Positions 26,950 through 37,584 of a stretch of DNA of 38,513 bases are shown in pieces. How positions within the stretch are numbered: the first letter of the stretch is position 1; every line of letters starts with the position of its first letter. This stretch comes from Catajapyx aquilonaris (Eukaryota): NCBI GenBank assembly GCA_000934665.2, contig JYFJ02003774.1:1-38513 (forward strand), written 5' to 3'. Made by a program: the position numbers and the translations under genes. The notes beneath the pieces were generated by a model. It was not told the origin of the DNA, made no database searches, and saw nothing but the letters and a program-made list of their open reading frames with translations.

Positions 26950-28247
26950 GGGGAGACCGGGGTACGATGGCTACAGGGGTACGATGGCAATTATGTGGCT
27001 ATTATGTTCACGGTCATGATGCTTTTGTGGTAGGTGCAGATAGACATGCTCCACATTACATCCTGTTTTCAATTCAATCACAGAAGACTGTTGGCGGTAG
27101 TACCGATTTTTTTTATATTTTTGACCATTTGAGTAAATTTCAATTTCTCAAATAGGTTCCTTTTTTCTTCCAACGGAAGTGCTAGATCACTGAGCCCAAT
27201 AACGCGTTTGCAGGGCATAAAGGCCCGTTTACACGACGACTTTCCTACGTTAAGTAGGGACGGAGACCCGTGCACTTGCGGAGTTTGCCAAACTCCTGTC
27301 CATTTGCGGATATATCGTGCACCGTCGTGCACCCTCCACCTCCGTGTTGCCTAGCACGACGACGACGACGACAGTGAAGGGGCAGGAGGTGTAAAATCCG
27401 GTGCCGATTCAGCTAGGCCGGAAGAAAGCCGCTTTGCTACTAAACACTGCTAACGGCCCAGCAGCTTGGCTACTACCGGCCCACTTCCATAAGTACGAAC
27501 CACGTACGAACGTTAGCAAAGTGGCCGTGTGGAGGGTAGGGACTTGCGTTAGGAAAGTTGCGTAAAGTACAAACGTTAGGAAAGTCATCGTGTAAACGGG
27601 CCTACACAATGACAGCATAAATGGCCATTTAATATTTGTCACTCAAGAGCAGGAGGACTAGAAAGGCAAAAAAAAAATGCCTCAGGGCACGATGGCGCAT
27701 TTTGTTTGGGGCATGTTGGCGCATGTCCCTACCAACCTTGGTGGACCAAGGCGACCGTGGCGATTATGGTAGACCATGACAGCCTCTAGTGCCTCTCCCC
27801 TGTCACTTATTAGGCCGTGCCATGCACTTTTCCCAGTTGCCCACTACTTACTCCTTAGGTGGAGGGCGCGCTATGTTATCCTGCAGGCAACAAGTTCTGA
27901 ATATCTTGTAACATCTTTCTAATCACTTGTAACTATATGGGTTAGAATCGATCATGTGTGTGGAAGTGATTTTCATATAAGCCCTACCTTAGCCTTATAT
28001 TACTGTGCCAACGTGCCCCATGCCTTGTGCCATTATGCCCCGGGCAAGGGGCACGATGGCACACATGCAGAGGCTTTTTAAATAATATATAGTGGATAGC
28101 ATATTTAAAATGCAAACATGTGAAAATATCACATCTATGCTCAAATGTCTAAAGTATTTATCGGTATAAAAATTACAGTGAATAAGTCTTAACTGGTCTC
28201 AGAAAAAAATGAGTGTAAAAAGTGTGCCATCTAGCCCCGGTCTCCCC
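26950..28247. mobile_element. Non-autonomous pogo/Tigger-like DNA transposon
   Basis: TA|GGGGAGACCGGGG ... CCCCGGTCTCCCC|TA. Repeated GGGG(T/C)ACGATGGC-type motifs at 26959-26988, 27685-27723 and 28005-28063 in both orientations. Confidence 0.75.
27221..27603. mobile_element. PIF/Harbinger-like MITE nested in the pogo-like element
   Basis: TIRs AGGCCCGTTTACACGACGACTTTCCTA / TAGGAAAGTCATCGTGTAAACGGGCCT (one mismatch in 27 nt). Subterminal CGTTAG(G/C)AAAGT repeats. TSD not clean, so the superfamily call is tentative. Confidence 0.7.
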
Positions 28248-28299
28248 TACTTGAGACTCCTGCGATATTGTTGGCCATCATGTGTTAGGCAGGAATGAA

Positions 28300-28371
28300 A
28301 GTCCCATGGTGTAATGGTGAGCACTCTGGACCAAGAATCCAGCAGTCCGAGTTCAAATCTCGGTGGGACCT
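28300..28371 (+). tRNA. tRNA-Gln-derived sequence with altered anticodon loop (AAG); probable pseudogene
   Basis: aGTCCCATGGTGTAATGGTGAGCACTCTGGAccaagaaTCCAGCAGTCCGAGTTCAAATCTCGGTGGGACCT closely matches metazoan tRNA-Gln. Differences: loop CCAAGAA instead of CT(C/T)TGAA, A1:C72 mismatch, no adjacent T-run terminator. Confidence 0.8.
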
Positions 28372-29146
28372 TCGCACTCGTGGCAACCTACCATACCTAG
28401 AAGTTCTTCTTCCAAAACAACACTGGCCGTCTCTTTGGGTTGGCTGTGAGTGGTGCGGTTGAACGCGGAGGCATGGCTAAAAGAACCTACTTGTTATGGC
28501 ATTGGTTCCCCCAAGCACCAGTGTTTTGCTTTTGGAGAGCACCGGACAGAGCTGTGCCGCCGCGTTCTCTTGCGACGTTGTATCTTTTAGTTTAGAATCC
28601 GTTGCTTGCTGCTGCGACTGCTGCTTCTGAGGCACATGGTCTCAGGAGACAGCTGACTAACCATCTTGTTTCTTTTGCCATGTTGGGTGCAGACTCGCGG
28701 CAGCAAGACTTGTGGTTATTTATGCTTTTCATCCAGCTTTACAGTTCACTTAGGCCTACTCCTGCATGCCTCACTGGCAGTTGGTAAATACTGTACTGCA
28801 GTGTTCTCTAGTGTTTGTTCCTGTCCCTTTTACGTTTGCGGGACGTGGGTCAAGCAACAAGAGATGTTTGATCCTAGACACAGAAGGGACCGAATTCTCT
28901 CGTTGCTCACCCACACTCCTTTCCTTTCTTTCCTGGTAGTTACCGTACTCTTTTTGTCCAAGTAACGTAACATCCAGGAGTGCCAAGTAATTTCAAAGTG
29001 TGAGTGCAAAGTAACTTTTGTGACAAAAAGTGCCTAGTTTTCTTGCAAATAAAGTAATATTAAAAAAGAAGTGGCACAGTAACTTTTGCATATGGAAATA
29101 CTCAATATCACCATGACCATGTTTAATGTTCCATTCCAATTCATAG

Positions 29147-29201
29147 GTAAACAATGCTACAGCCAGAGTTCAAACCAAGAAGCCACCAACTGTACCGAAT
29201 G
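29147..29201 (+). CDS. Rbfox1: RBFOX exon ending the RRM, 55 nt, phase 0-1
   Basis: Acceptor ccattccaattcatag ends at 29146; donor gtaagt at 29202. Encodes VNNATARVQTKKPPTVPN+G; VNNATARV follows GRKIE in Fox proteins, and VQTKK is the arthropod-type continuation as I recall it. Confidence 0.95.
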
Positions 29202-31668
29202 GTAAGTGACCAAAAGAGACCAAGGGGAAAGAAGAGAAAAAGTACCCTTCATGTGCCTCCTGGCCGTGTGTACTGGGTTCTTTCCACCACACGGAACAAA
29301 AAAAAAGAGCATGCACACACAACCACGTCCTCCAACTCCAAATCTTGTGGGTTGAATGGGACAGCAGTAATTTTGCAACAGTTTCTTTACAGTCTACACC
29401 AATGTGACTTTTGTGCAGGATGACTCTTGCTAATATTATTTTGATTGTAGATTAATTTTTCTCCACGTGTGATGTGAATTTACAGTTTAAATGCCTCCAA
29501 TGTTTCAAGAGACAACAATGACCCCCTTTTGAGAATCCTAAGAAAATATGGAAAGGTTGCTTGACTTGTGATTTTGTCTCAGGGCCTCGAATGGCTCATT
29601 TAGGTATATACCTCTAAAATACTGGCAGGAAAATTGTCATGTATTCCATGCCTTCCAGGGCAATGCCTTGTGGGGAAAACTTTTCACCCACGGCTTTTTA
29701 TTATTACATGTTTCAGAGTTGACAGAAGGTTACCAGAATGTTTAGAAATTTAATTCAGATGTGATGTAAAACACTAACCATGCAACAGAAGAAGCCTACA
29801 AGTGTGTTGAAAACCGCAAGTCAAAATTAGCGACTATTTTAATCGAGTAGTTTTATTAATTTTAATTGACAAATTTATTCATATCTATTATGATAATATA
29901 TTATGATAATATATGAGCTTCATAATGATTGCATTAATATGTATGAATAATTTTATGAATAGGTATAAATACTGTTTGGCTGATGATTCTGGCTCCCGGC
30001 GGAAGAGGATTGCCCTCACTGGAAACCTCACCTGAACCACTGTCAGATTGCACCACCTACTCCTGCCATCCCCAGAAGTACTGTACTTCATTGCCACATT
30101 TATGTCCCTATATGAATGTGCTTCCTTTCCCTCAAGTCTGAATTATAGTTGTCCAAGACTGAACTTCATTTACATTTAATTACATAACAGATTCTTTAAT
30201 TTGGGCCCAGAATCATTGGTCCTACAGAACCTGAAACTCATTTCATTAAGTGACTGAATTGATTTATCCATGTAAGCGGTATCATATTATAGTGGGAATA
30301 GGTGTGATAATAAGTAAGATTCAGACAGTTGAGGACAGGGTGGGAGATATATATTTTATTAAATGAAGAAAACAAAGAATAATCCTGGTTATGGCCTTGA
30401 TATACATAGACTACATGATTCGAATATGAAGGTTGCATAACTGAACATGTTGGGAACCACACTCTTCACTTAATAAAAAGGAGGGTTAGGTTGCACTGAT
30501 AGAAATCTCAACTTTGAATCCCAAACATATGGCCTCTGTCTATTTTGTGTGAAAATGTGATTACTGCATGCATGGTTAAGTTTGTGAGATTTTCACATTG
30601 TGAAGTTCTGGCAGGTCAAGGATATGCTATGAAATAGGAGCAGTTGTGTTGAATTCTTCTATGTAAAATTAACACTGATTTTTCAGCCTGAAGATCCAAA
30701 GATCTGATCTAGATTTTTACAGCCTGAATCCAATATTGGCAATTATACTGTATTTTTCTCCCCTTTTCCTTCCCAAACACTGCAATACTGGAAGCCAGCT
30801 TGCAAAATTACTGCTGGAAAGGGATTTTGAAATATATGCAAAAATATTTTAGCTGGGGGATGATGTTGTGTGTACTCCTTTAGCTCCCAAGTGTGTCCAA
30901 CCCAGCTTGTAGCCTAGTGAGTGACCTGTAAACCCGGGGCTCTGTACCCATCACACTACCTGCCCACAACCAGCATGGTGTAGCCAATAGTGGTTTAGCT
31001 GGAGAGCTTTGCTGGGATCAAGTTGGTAGAGTCCTGGAGCTTTTTGTATTGCCTGATTTCTTCGTTTTACGGCTCAAAATCCCAATTTGAACTGTGGGGT
31101 GCACACATTGTTATTTTTTTGTTCAGTACGTATTTTGGTATTAGTGCCTCTCTAGACTTGCCCTGCGAAGCACTCTGCAATTTTTTGGCTTCCATGTTTT
31201 TGAATGCAGTAGCCTACTGGAACTAATCTAAAATATTAGACTTAGGTCAACGGTTATCGTTTCATATTCCATTATAATGTTTTACTTTTTTGTAATTTTA
31301 GTTTTTCTAACTAGGAATGGAACGGTGCCTACATTGGGTGAGAGACTATTATCTTGGTGTGATTTGATGGTTGTGGGTTTTTTTTATATAGCTGTGCTCT
31401 TGTTTTCTCCTAGTTCGTGTCTATGCTCAGCAACCAGACTTTTCAACTCTTTGAAACCCTGTTCCTTCTGTACCTCATGACAGGTAGATTGGTTGTTACT
31501 TTTGACTCACCCACTTCCTTCATTGATGAATGCCCAGTATGCTTTTGAATGCTGGTGTCTCCAAACGTTTGATAACAACCGCCCAAGGCAACGTTCGAGT
31601 CAAAAGATTTGGTGATGTGTATTTTTTAGTTGGCCCATGCTGGGAGAGTCAGCCAGACAGCCAGCCTT

Positions 31669-31876
31669 CCTGCCTGCCAGCCTGCATGCTTGCCTGTCTG
31701 CCTACCTACCTGCCTACCTACCTGCCTACCTGCCTGCCTACCTACCTACCTACCTCCCTACCTACCTGCCTACCTACCTACCTACCTCCCTACCTACATA
31801 CCTACCTACCTATCTACCTATCTACCTATCTACCTATCTACCTGCCTACCTGCCTACCTGCCTACCTACCACCTAC
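31669..31876. repeat. Compound (CCTA/CCTG/TCTA)n tetranucleotide tract, ~200 bp
   Basis: Direct reading; explains the LPTY/PAY repeat ORFs. Confidence 0.95.
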
Positions 31877-32771
31877 CGGCCTCGACTTTCCAAACCGGCC
31901 TGTCAACAAGTCTTGCTATGAGGAAGGCTAAGGGGGAGATGTATTACTGGGCCAGGCTTCAACAAGGCTGAGGAAAAGATAATCCCTCAACTGCTTTAAT
32001 CCAATTGAATAACAGGATAGTGCACAAAAAGAAAGAAGGGAGGGGAGGAGATAAGGGCCTAGATTTGCTATGCTAAGTCCAGTGTTAGGATCTACATCAC
32101 TTTTCTAGCTCTATATCAATGAGACTTGCTGACATGGTTCAATCCAAGGTTGGTTGCACTGTCGCATTGCATGACGTGTGAAACCATAGTCTAGCTGAAA
32201 GAGCACAGCCTTCTTTTCCAGTGTCTCTTAGCCTCCTAATGCACTTGTCTACGTGTGACTGTCTCGTACTAGAGCTAATGAATGACAGAAACGTGCACCT
32301 TAATGCTTTGTAGCACAGTAGCCTTCCAGTTTTCTTCCAGTCCGACTACAACTGCAAGTCCAGCACAAGCTATAATCCACTTTATTTTCAGAGCAAGCCA
32401 AAGGTTTTTGTTTCTTGTTTCTAGCAAGTAGTTTTGTAAGATTGTGCTGAGGTCTTCCTCTGTTGACCTGACTTCTTGTGAGGTCATGACAGATACTTAC
32501 GTTGCTCCTGCTTTGCTTTTTGCAAACTGTCAACCTTAACAAGAGGCTGTGCACAAGGTTTATGTGATGTCAAGTTGTGCCCATCCACCACCCTTTGGTA
32601 TCCCTTATGTTGCACAGCCTGTAACGTTTGTTTTGTTGAAAGTTGTGGAAAGTAAGCATTGCTACCTTAGTTACCCTGTCGAGGTGAGAGGAATGGACGG
32701 TGCCAGAGAGCCATGCCGTCTGCTGCACAATGTTCAAAGTGTGAGGCTGGGCTAATGTTATGTCATGTCAG

Positions 32772-32874
32772 GGTGCCGTTTACCGCAAGTGCCATGGTCC
32801 TGGGTTGGGGGATCCGCCTGTTTAACCTCTCCCACTAACCCCCTGGTGCTGACATCGCGACCTCTTCGGCGTAG
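32772..32874 (+). CDS. Rbfox1: RBFOX alternative exon A (probably mutually exclusive with 34001-34145), 103 nt, phase 1-2
   Basis: Weak acceptor gctaatgttatgtcatgtcag ends at 32771; donor gtaggt at 32875. Open in the frame set by the 29201 donor: (G)CRLPQVPWSWVGGSACLTSPTNPLVLTSRPLRR. Resembles, from memory, the G(Y/C)RLP..W...L.L.PR..RRS isoform segment of insect Rbfox1. Confidence 0.75.
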
Positions 32875-32922
32875 GTAGGTGACCCCAGCCTGGGCTCTCT
32901 CCTTTCTTCTCTCTCCGGCGCG

Positions 32923-34135
32923 GCATGGGCTTGTCAGTTGTGTGCCCGTCACCCTACTACCTAAGCACGACCCGTCACTTGTTGTTCCACCAGTCATTAT
33001 TCTTAATTTTTAATTTATTAATTCAATTACTTGATCATTCATTTTTCATTCCTAAGTTCATTCATATATTAATTTCTGTTTGTGTTAATTTCCATACAAG
33101 ACAAAAACAGTGTGTTTGCTCGTGCATGGTGTGCCACCTTCACTTAGTCCTAACCAATTTGGTTTACCCTTCACCATTGTTTTCCCAAAGAGAGAGAGAG
33201 AAGCGGTCAGATGTCCACATTCAGGTGGACTTCAAAATTTATTGGCTCAACAGTAGACCCTTATAATTATATGGCACCGGTCAAAACTTAGCAAAGCCTT
33301 GTCAAGGTAAACAGAGGCGGGCTGTATTTTCAGTTGCGTCGAGAGAGGAAACGGCAGTTTCCAACCCAGTCAACCCATGGCGTGTTGCAGCGGGTAGGAA
33401 CACGCAAAGGCAGGTGCATTCGGAGACGCTCTTGATACATAACCAATGGTGAAGTGCAGCCAGCCTGTTCACTTGATTGGCTTGGTTGTTTTGGTGTGGA
33501 GTATTGTCAGGACTGCATCATGGAAGGAGTTTGGCAGAGGCTTGAGTAGTAGGAGCCACCTTCTTGTTGGTGTTGGACTTGTTAACATTTAGTAGGATGT
33601 GTTCTCTTGCACGATACACTGACTACCCGTACAGTGTACATAACATGCATGCCCTGGACCAAGAGAGAGGCTCCTGAGCTTTGGCCTGCTGTCTAACCCC
33701 TTCCAGGCCCCAGCCTAGCAAACCACAGGTTTCAGGGGCATCCTTGTAGTCCAGCCTGACACCATCCCTTCCCCCATCACCCACAATTGCTCCCTCTTTT
33801 GGTTGTTCCTGTGTGGTTATTTATTTACTTATTTATTTACTTACATAATGATTTATTTATTTATTTATTTACTTAATACTTAATTATTTGTCTGGACTGG
33901 AGTTGGACTTTTGGAAGCGGCGACTGTGCCTTGCAAGCCGGCCCGGACTGGATTGTACTGAATGTTTTCCTCCTTGCATGTGCCTGGTTTGGCCTTACAG
34001 CGGCGGCTCTCCGCGGTGTGGCGATACAGCGAGGGCGAGCAAGGGCCTATCCCACAGCCGCTGCTGCTGCTGCGGCAGCCGCCTTCGCTCGCCACCCCAC
34101 ACCACTAACTGCTGCTGCTGCCACAGCTCTGCATG
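32923..34135 (+). promoter_or_regulatory. RBFOX motifs around the alternative exon pair
   Basis: GCATG at 32923-32927; TGCATG at 33123-33128, 33646-33651, 33975-33980 (in the acceptor pyrimidine tract of exon B) and 34130-34135 (inside exon B). Confidence 0.6.
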
Positions 34136-34145
34136 GCTATACACC
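34001..34145 (+). CDS. Rbfox1: RBFOX alternative exon B, 145 nt, phase 1-2
   Basis: Acceptor ggtttggccttacag ends at 34000; donor gtaagt at 34146. Encodes [61 protein letters not shown] is typical of arthropod Rbfox1 and resembles vertebrate AAAYRGAHLRGRGR. Confidence 0.92.
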
Positions 34146-34847
34146 GTAAGTCTCTTCCTCACCCAGCACTACCTATGCTCCTCGTGTAACAACCAACCAA
34201 CCAAACAAACAAACAAAACAAAACAAAAAATTTCGATTTGTTTAGCCCACTACTTTTACCCCAAGGCACTGTTTTGTTATGTTCCTGAGGCAGGACTCCC
34301 ACAAGTGAGGGGTCTTAAATGTTCAAAGGTGCTTTCTATATGGTAAGGCAGTTTTGGCAGAATCACTGAAGTGGCCAACCTAACAGTGCAGCCATGGGTT
34401 CAAATTGATCTTGGATTCAAAAAATTAGTTCGAAGAGACTTGAAGCTTCCACTGGTGCGTGCCTCGACGTTACCCAGCCTAGCAATCCAAAACTCAAGCA
34501 TTGATGTATATATCTCGGTGCATTGTATATGTGAAATACTTGTGCTGAGTGCTGCTAGAAGAATGTTTTGTTATTTTGGACATGGGACTACCAGGAGAAT
34601 TTTTGATGGGACTATGAACACTGAGGGTGGGGATTGAATGTCCGGCATACTGACTACTGACAAACCACTTCAAGGGCATCGTGGGCTGTAAATTCAGAAG
34701 CAGGATGCTAATGTCATTATTTTGTTCACAACAAAACTACCACTTCATGTTTTCCATACATCCCACATAAAGACTAGCAAACATAAGGATCCACAGGTGT
34801 ATGAGTAAAGTAGGGTGAAGCAGGACATGCCTGTTTCCAAAGCAGCT

Positions 34848-36479
34848 GGGTCATTCCATGCCAAGACAGACAAGTTGGTGGCTCGACCATTTCAGAATTT
34901 GATATCTAAAATCATGTGCGTACACACACACGAGTTGTTGCTAAAAACAAAATTAGAGCCTCTCAGTTGAAAATCCCGCGGAGATATGGCAATGTCTTTC
35001 GGCAACAATGGAACCGGAAGAACAATTTATTTCAAGTGGAGTTATTGTTGTGACCCCTTGATGATATATATCAAATGAACGGGCGTGAGATGGGGAACCT
35101 TTTGGTGGCAACGGTTTTAACCTAGATCGTAAAATAAAATGCTAAAAAATTTGCATTTATGTGCAAAAAGGGCATATGTCAGGTGGTCCAATGTCATTGT
35201 TAAACACATGCCGAGAGTGTGAAATTAATATGGTAGGTACCTAGTCAGCTGGCCATTCTTACTGTAGAAGGACAACACCACAGATCAAGCAGTCTCGGAA
35301 ATAATAAATCCTGAAATGTCCATTGTCCCCTAATTTGGCCACCATTGTGGATCATTCTTCTCAATGTGGGGCTGGGTATATTTTAAGGTTACTTATGCTA
35401 AAAGAAGCATCTTTTCATTCTTGACCTAGCGATGTAAGAATGATTGGCCTACCCTGAGCGGATCACCCCCAACACGCCAAATAACGCGGAGTGGGGCTGG
35501 AGGGGATCTTCTGTGCATTTAAAAATGCACCGTGGGTGATCCGCTCAGGGAAGGTCAACCATTCTTACATCGCTCGGTCAAGAATGAAGAGACGCTTCTT
35601 TTAGCATAAGTAACCTTAAAATAGACCCAGCCCTACATTGGGAAAAATGACCCCAAAGATGACCATTAGGGTAAATTTGACGTTTCAGGATTTATTGTTT
35701 CCAACCCTGCTTGAATTGTTGAGTCTTTCAACAGCAGCAATTACCATATGGCCATGTTCCCCAAGGCAGGAATGTCAGGTGCATAGAAAATCTACAGAAA
35801 TTCCCATATACTCCGCATTATTTGGCACTGTATTGAAAAATTTTCTACGGGTGAGCTGCTTACGGAAGGTGATTTACTCTTATACCACTTTGTTAAACAT
35901 GAACAGGCGCTTCGACGTATGTAACTTTAAAAGCGACCCAGTCCCTCATTGAGAAAAATGACCCCAAAGGTGGCCAAATTAGGGGACAATGGACATTTCA
36001 GGATTTATTATTTCTGAGACTGCTTGATCTGTGGTATTGTCCTTCTACAGTAGCCTAATAATGGCCAGCTGACTAGGTACCTACCATATTAATTTCACAC
36101 TCTCAGCATGTGTTTAACAATGACATTGGACCACCTGAAACGTGCCATTTTTGCACATAAATGCGAATTTTTTTGCAATTTTATTTTATGCTCTAGGTTA
36201 AAACCTTTGCCACCAAAAGGTTCCTCATCTCACGCCCGTTCATTTGATATATAACATCAAGGGATCACAATAAGAACTCCACTTGAAATAAATTGTTCTT
36301 CCGGCTCCATTGTTGCCGAAAGACGTTGCCATATCTCCGTGGGATTTTCACCTGGGAGGCTCTAATTTTGTATTTAGCAACAACTCGTGTGTGTGTGTGT
36401 GTGTACAAGCATGATTTTTGAATATCAAATTCTGAGATGGTCGAGCCACCAACTTGTCTGTCTTGGCATGGAATGACCC
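34848..36479. mobile_element. Non-autonomous long-TIR foldback DNA transposon (Sola2-like)
   Basis: AGCT|GGGTCATTCCATGCCAAGACAGAC ... GTCTGTCTTGGCATGGAATGACCC|AGCT. Arms ~34848-35392 and ~35921-36479 are highly complementary. GRG..CYC ends, a 4-bp TSD and >500-bp TIRs fit Sola2; no transposase. Confidence 0.8.
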
Positions 36480-37441
36480 AGCTGGTAAAATACAAAAATG
36501 GGCTGAGCCAGAAGTCTTTCACTGAATCTGGTCAACTTTGAATGTCCTTGTCCAGCAGGTAAAACAGCCTGGACAATAAGCATATTTAGTGCATGAAAGA
36601 CGTTATAAAATGGTTTTCACTCAAACATAAGTCAAAAAACAAAAAAATGCAAATAAATGCAGGCCAGTGATACACATTACCTCTACCTAATGTATATCAA
36701 AGTCATAATCCAGATACTAGTTCTTAATAAAAATGATATGGTCACTGTAAATGCCAAATGGCTACTGGAAACCAAGTGGCAACTTTGGGAAAGCCATCAT
36801 CTGAGATAGCTGGGACATCATGAGTGATTGGCTAACTCTGTTTTTGTATTTACCAGGTACTTTGGGAGCAAACGGGCAGGCTAAATTAGTTAATATTTGG
36901 GCGTCAGGTTCCAGTGTTTTATGGTAGTAGTATGTTCTTTTGTTTTGGCTGCCTCTGTTGAACTGTAAAAATTTTAATGTACTGTACATGCGAAATATGT
37001 TTGATCTATTGGACATATTAACCCACAAACACTTGTACACTTACAAGTTAGCCCATTGTTGCAACAATTGAACATGGGTCCATATTCCTAGAAAGTGACT
37101 TAAATGTAGATCCACCAGATACATCACAGTATTTTGTCTACAATTCCTATTTCATTGGGTCCAAAAAGTGAGAGTTGCTTGATGCTAGGTGGCACAGGTT
37201 ACACGTGATATTCCTCAAAATCTGTAGGCAATATGTCATCCTTTGCAGGGAATAGGATGACAACTTTTTACCAATTACATTTAAGTTTTCTTCGCATCAT
37301 GGCAGAGGAATGCACCTGTCGCTCATTATACACTTGCCATGGTATATGATCTCTCTCATGCATGCTAATGCAGGTTGAGAAATTTGAACAATGAATGGTT
37401 TGTTTGATTGTTGGAGAACGCCCTCATTTTAAATATTAGTA

Positions 37442-37584
37442 CAGTTGAATCCGGATATAACAGACTTCAAGGGACCGCAGAAATCAGTCTGTTATAACCA
37501 AATACACAAGCCATATATAGAAGTATGCCGGGACCACCCTTTCGAGTCTGTTATACCCGATGCTGTTGTATCCTGATTCAACTG
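37442..37584. mobile_element. 143-bp Tc1/mariner (Tigger-like) MITE
   Basis: TA|CAGTTGAATCCGGATATAACAG ... CTGTTGTATCCTGATTCAACTG|TA, with internal GTCTGTTATA repeats. Confidence 0.85.

Noticed and set aside
30678..30735. Two tandem TTT(C/AC)AG|CCTGAA acceptor-like sites
   Set aside because: Looks like a short local duplication; no nearby donor or meaningful peptide.
31530..31971. LPTY/PAY repeat proteins in three frames
   Set aside because: Translation of the CCTA/CCTG microsatellite; also not a TTAGG telomeric array.
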